This document shows, piece after piece, positions 62,452-64,000 of a stretch of 64,000 nucleotides of DNA (the stretch's first letter is position 1; each line of letters begins with the position of its first letter). The notes under the pieces were generated by a model. That model was not told where the DNA came from and searched no databases. It was given only the letters and a program-made list of their open reading frames with translations. This DNA comes from an uncultured Chloroflexia bacterium (lineage in GTDB: Bacteria; Chloroflexota; Limnocylindria; Limnocylindrales; CSP1-4), in assembly GCA_963766735.1 (NCBI GenBank), contig CAVYBU010000021.1:53565-117564 (forward strand). Direction: 5' to 3'. A program made the translations under genes and the position numbers.

Positions 62452-64000
62452 ATGCACGAACGAACGGTCGATGCTGTACCCGCGGAGTTGAGCCCAGGGC
62501 GGACGCGTGCCGTCCTGGCGGTGGTGGCGCTGAGCCTGATGGCCGTCATCTCGGCCGTGAGCGGGCTCAACGTCGCGCTGCCGGCGATGGCCCGCGAGAC
62601 CGGCGCCACGCAGACCCAGCTGACGTGGATCGTGGACGCCTACACCGTCGTGTTCGCCGGCCTGCTGTTCTTCGCGGGCGCGCTCGGCGACCGCTATGGA
62701 CGCCGCCTCCTGCTGCAGGTGGGCCTCGTCCTGTTCGGGGTTGCCGCAGCGTTGGGCCTGTTCACGACAGACCCGACCCAGCTCGTCTTCGTGCGGGCGT
62801 TCATGGGCATCGGTGCCGCGGCCATCATGCCCACGACGCTCTCGATCATCACCACCTCCTTCCCCGAGGTGGAGCGGCCGCGAGCCATCGGCGTGTGGGT
62901 TGGCATCGCTGGCGGCGGCGCGGTTCTCGGGCTGTTCGTCTCGGCGCTGCTCCTCGAGTGGTTCTCGTGGCAGTCGTTCTTCGCGTTCAACGTGGCGCTG
63001 TCGGCGATCGCGCTCGTGGGGGTGTTCGCCGTCGTGCCGAGCTCGGTCGATGCCGACCCGCCGGCCCTCGACGTCGTCGGCGGGCTGCTCTCGCTGATCA
63101 CGGTTGCGGCGCTCGTGTTCGGGATCATCGAGGCCCCCGACCGGGGCTGGACCGACCCGGTCACGGCCGGTTCGCTGGCCCTGGGACTCATTGCCGGCGC
63201 GCTGTTCGTGTGGTGGGAGCTCCGCCAGCAGCACCCGCTCCTGGATCCGCGACTCTTCCGCCTCCGCGGGTTCAGCGCCGGCTCCCTGTCGATCTCGATC
63301 CAGTTCTTCGCGGCTTTTGGCTTCTTCTTCATCGTTCTCCAGTACCTGCAGTTCGTCACCGGTCGGTCAGCGCTGGAAGCCGCTGCCGCGCTCCTCCCGC
63401 TTCCGTTCGTCCTGATTCCCACTGCCCGCGCCGCGCCGCGACTCGCACAGCGCATCGGTTTCCGGTGGGTGGGGCCCACGGGCCTGCTTGCCATGGCGCT
63501 CGGGTTCGCCCTTCTCAGTCGCCTCGAGGTGGACACGCCGTACTGGTTCTTCGTGATCGGCCTGCTGTTCTTCGGCCTCGGCATGGGCCTTGCCGGGACG
63601 CCCGCCACCACGGCGATCACGAGCTCGCTGTCGATGGCCAAGCAGGGTGTGGCCTCGGCCATGAACGACACCGCCCGCGAGGTCGGGAGCGCCTTCGGGA
63701 TCGCGATCCTGGGCGCGGTGCTCAACCAGTCGTACCGCGACGCGCTCGCCCCGGCGGTCGCGAACCTGCCGCCCCAGATCGCAGAGCGGGTGCTGGGTTC
63801 GGTGGCCTTCACGTCGTCGCCCGCGATCGCGCAGCTGGGCGCCGCCGGTCAGACGCTCGTCGACGCCGGGCGCGCCGCGTTACGTCCAAGGTGTCGGGGA
63901 CGCCGTCCTCATCGGGTCCGTCGTGCTGGCGGTGGCGGCGGTCGTGGTGTTCGTGGCATCGGGTCCGAAGGCCCGGGCCGCGATCGTCGCGGAGGAGCTG
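62452..64000 (+). CDS. DHA2 family MFS transporter, 3' truncated by window edge (frameshift at ~63880)
   Basis: Translated by eye from the ATG at 62452: LNVALP, WIVDAYTVVFAGLL, GALGDRYGRR and ASAMNDTAREVG. Confidence 0.9.
   Translation, partial: MHERTVDAVPAELSPGRTRAVLAVVALSLMAVISAVSGLNVALPAMARETGATQTQLTWIVDAYTVVFAGLLFFAGALGDRYGRRLLLQVGLVLFGVAAALGLFTTDPTQLVFVRAFMGIGAAAIMPTTLSIITTSFPEVERPRAIGVWVGIAGGGAVLGLFVSALLLEWFSWQSFFAFNVALSAIALVGVFAVVPSSVDADPPALDVVGGLLSLITVAALVFGIIEAPDRGWTDPVTAGSLALGLIAGALFVWWELRQQHPLLDPRLFRLRGFSAGSLSISIQFFAAFGFFFIVLQYLQFVTGRSALEAAAALLPLPFVLIPTARAAPRLAQRIGFRWVGPTGLLAMALGFALLSRLEVDTPYWFFVIGLLFFGLGMGLAGTPATTAITSSLSMAKQGVASAMNDTAREVGSAFGIAILGAVLNQSYRDALAPAVANLPPQIAERVLGSVAFTSSPAIAQLGAAGQTLVDAGRAALRPRCRGRRPHRVRRAGGGGGRGVRGIGSEGPGRDRRGGA

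Overview
This 64 kb window is very GC-rich bacterial DNA. Gene content (LLM and deazaflavin-family oxidoreductases, ECF sigma plus membrane beta-propeller partner, FadN/FadA/FadE) would fit a Chloroflexota- or Actinomycetota-like organism, but that is inference only. I count about 50 CDSs. They include asnS, a beta-oxidation operon under a TetR, an ExeM/NucH extracellular nuclease, an Opu-type osmoprotectant ABC transporter, two other ABC exporters, two TetR-MFS pairs and many accessory oxidoreductases and hydrolases. I found no rRNA, tRNA or CRISPR array. About nine genes are broken by single-base frameshifts, mostly in short homopolymers, which most likely reflects long-read consensus error. 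The strongest candidate for an undescribed system is a co-oriented minus-strand signalling cluster at 45.7-56.0 kb. It encodes, in order: cyclase-TPR, repeat-containing GGDEF, zf-UBP zinc finger, SRPBCC-like protein, orphan Tm-1-like protein, an IS481 remnant, PAS-PAS adenylyl cyclase, a REC-Grx-TrxR-like flavoprotein lacking both CxxC motifs, and a cNMP-binding histidine kinase. Other leads are a 688-aa unknown protein with GT-A-like motifs divergent from a Ser-type C69/Ntn hydrolase, an SRPBCC-MBL fusion, an internally deleted decarboxylase, and several readable promoters and operators, including two apparently leaderless TetR genes.
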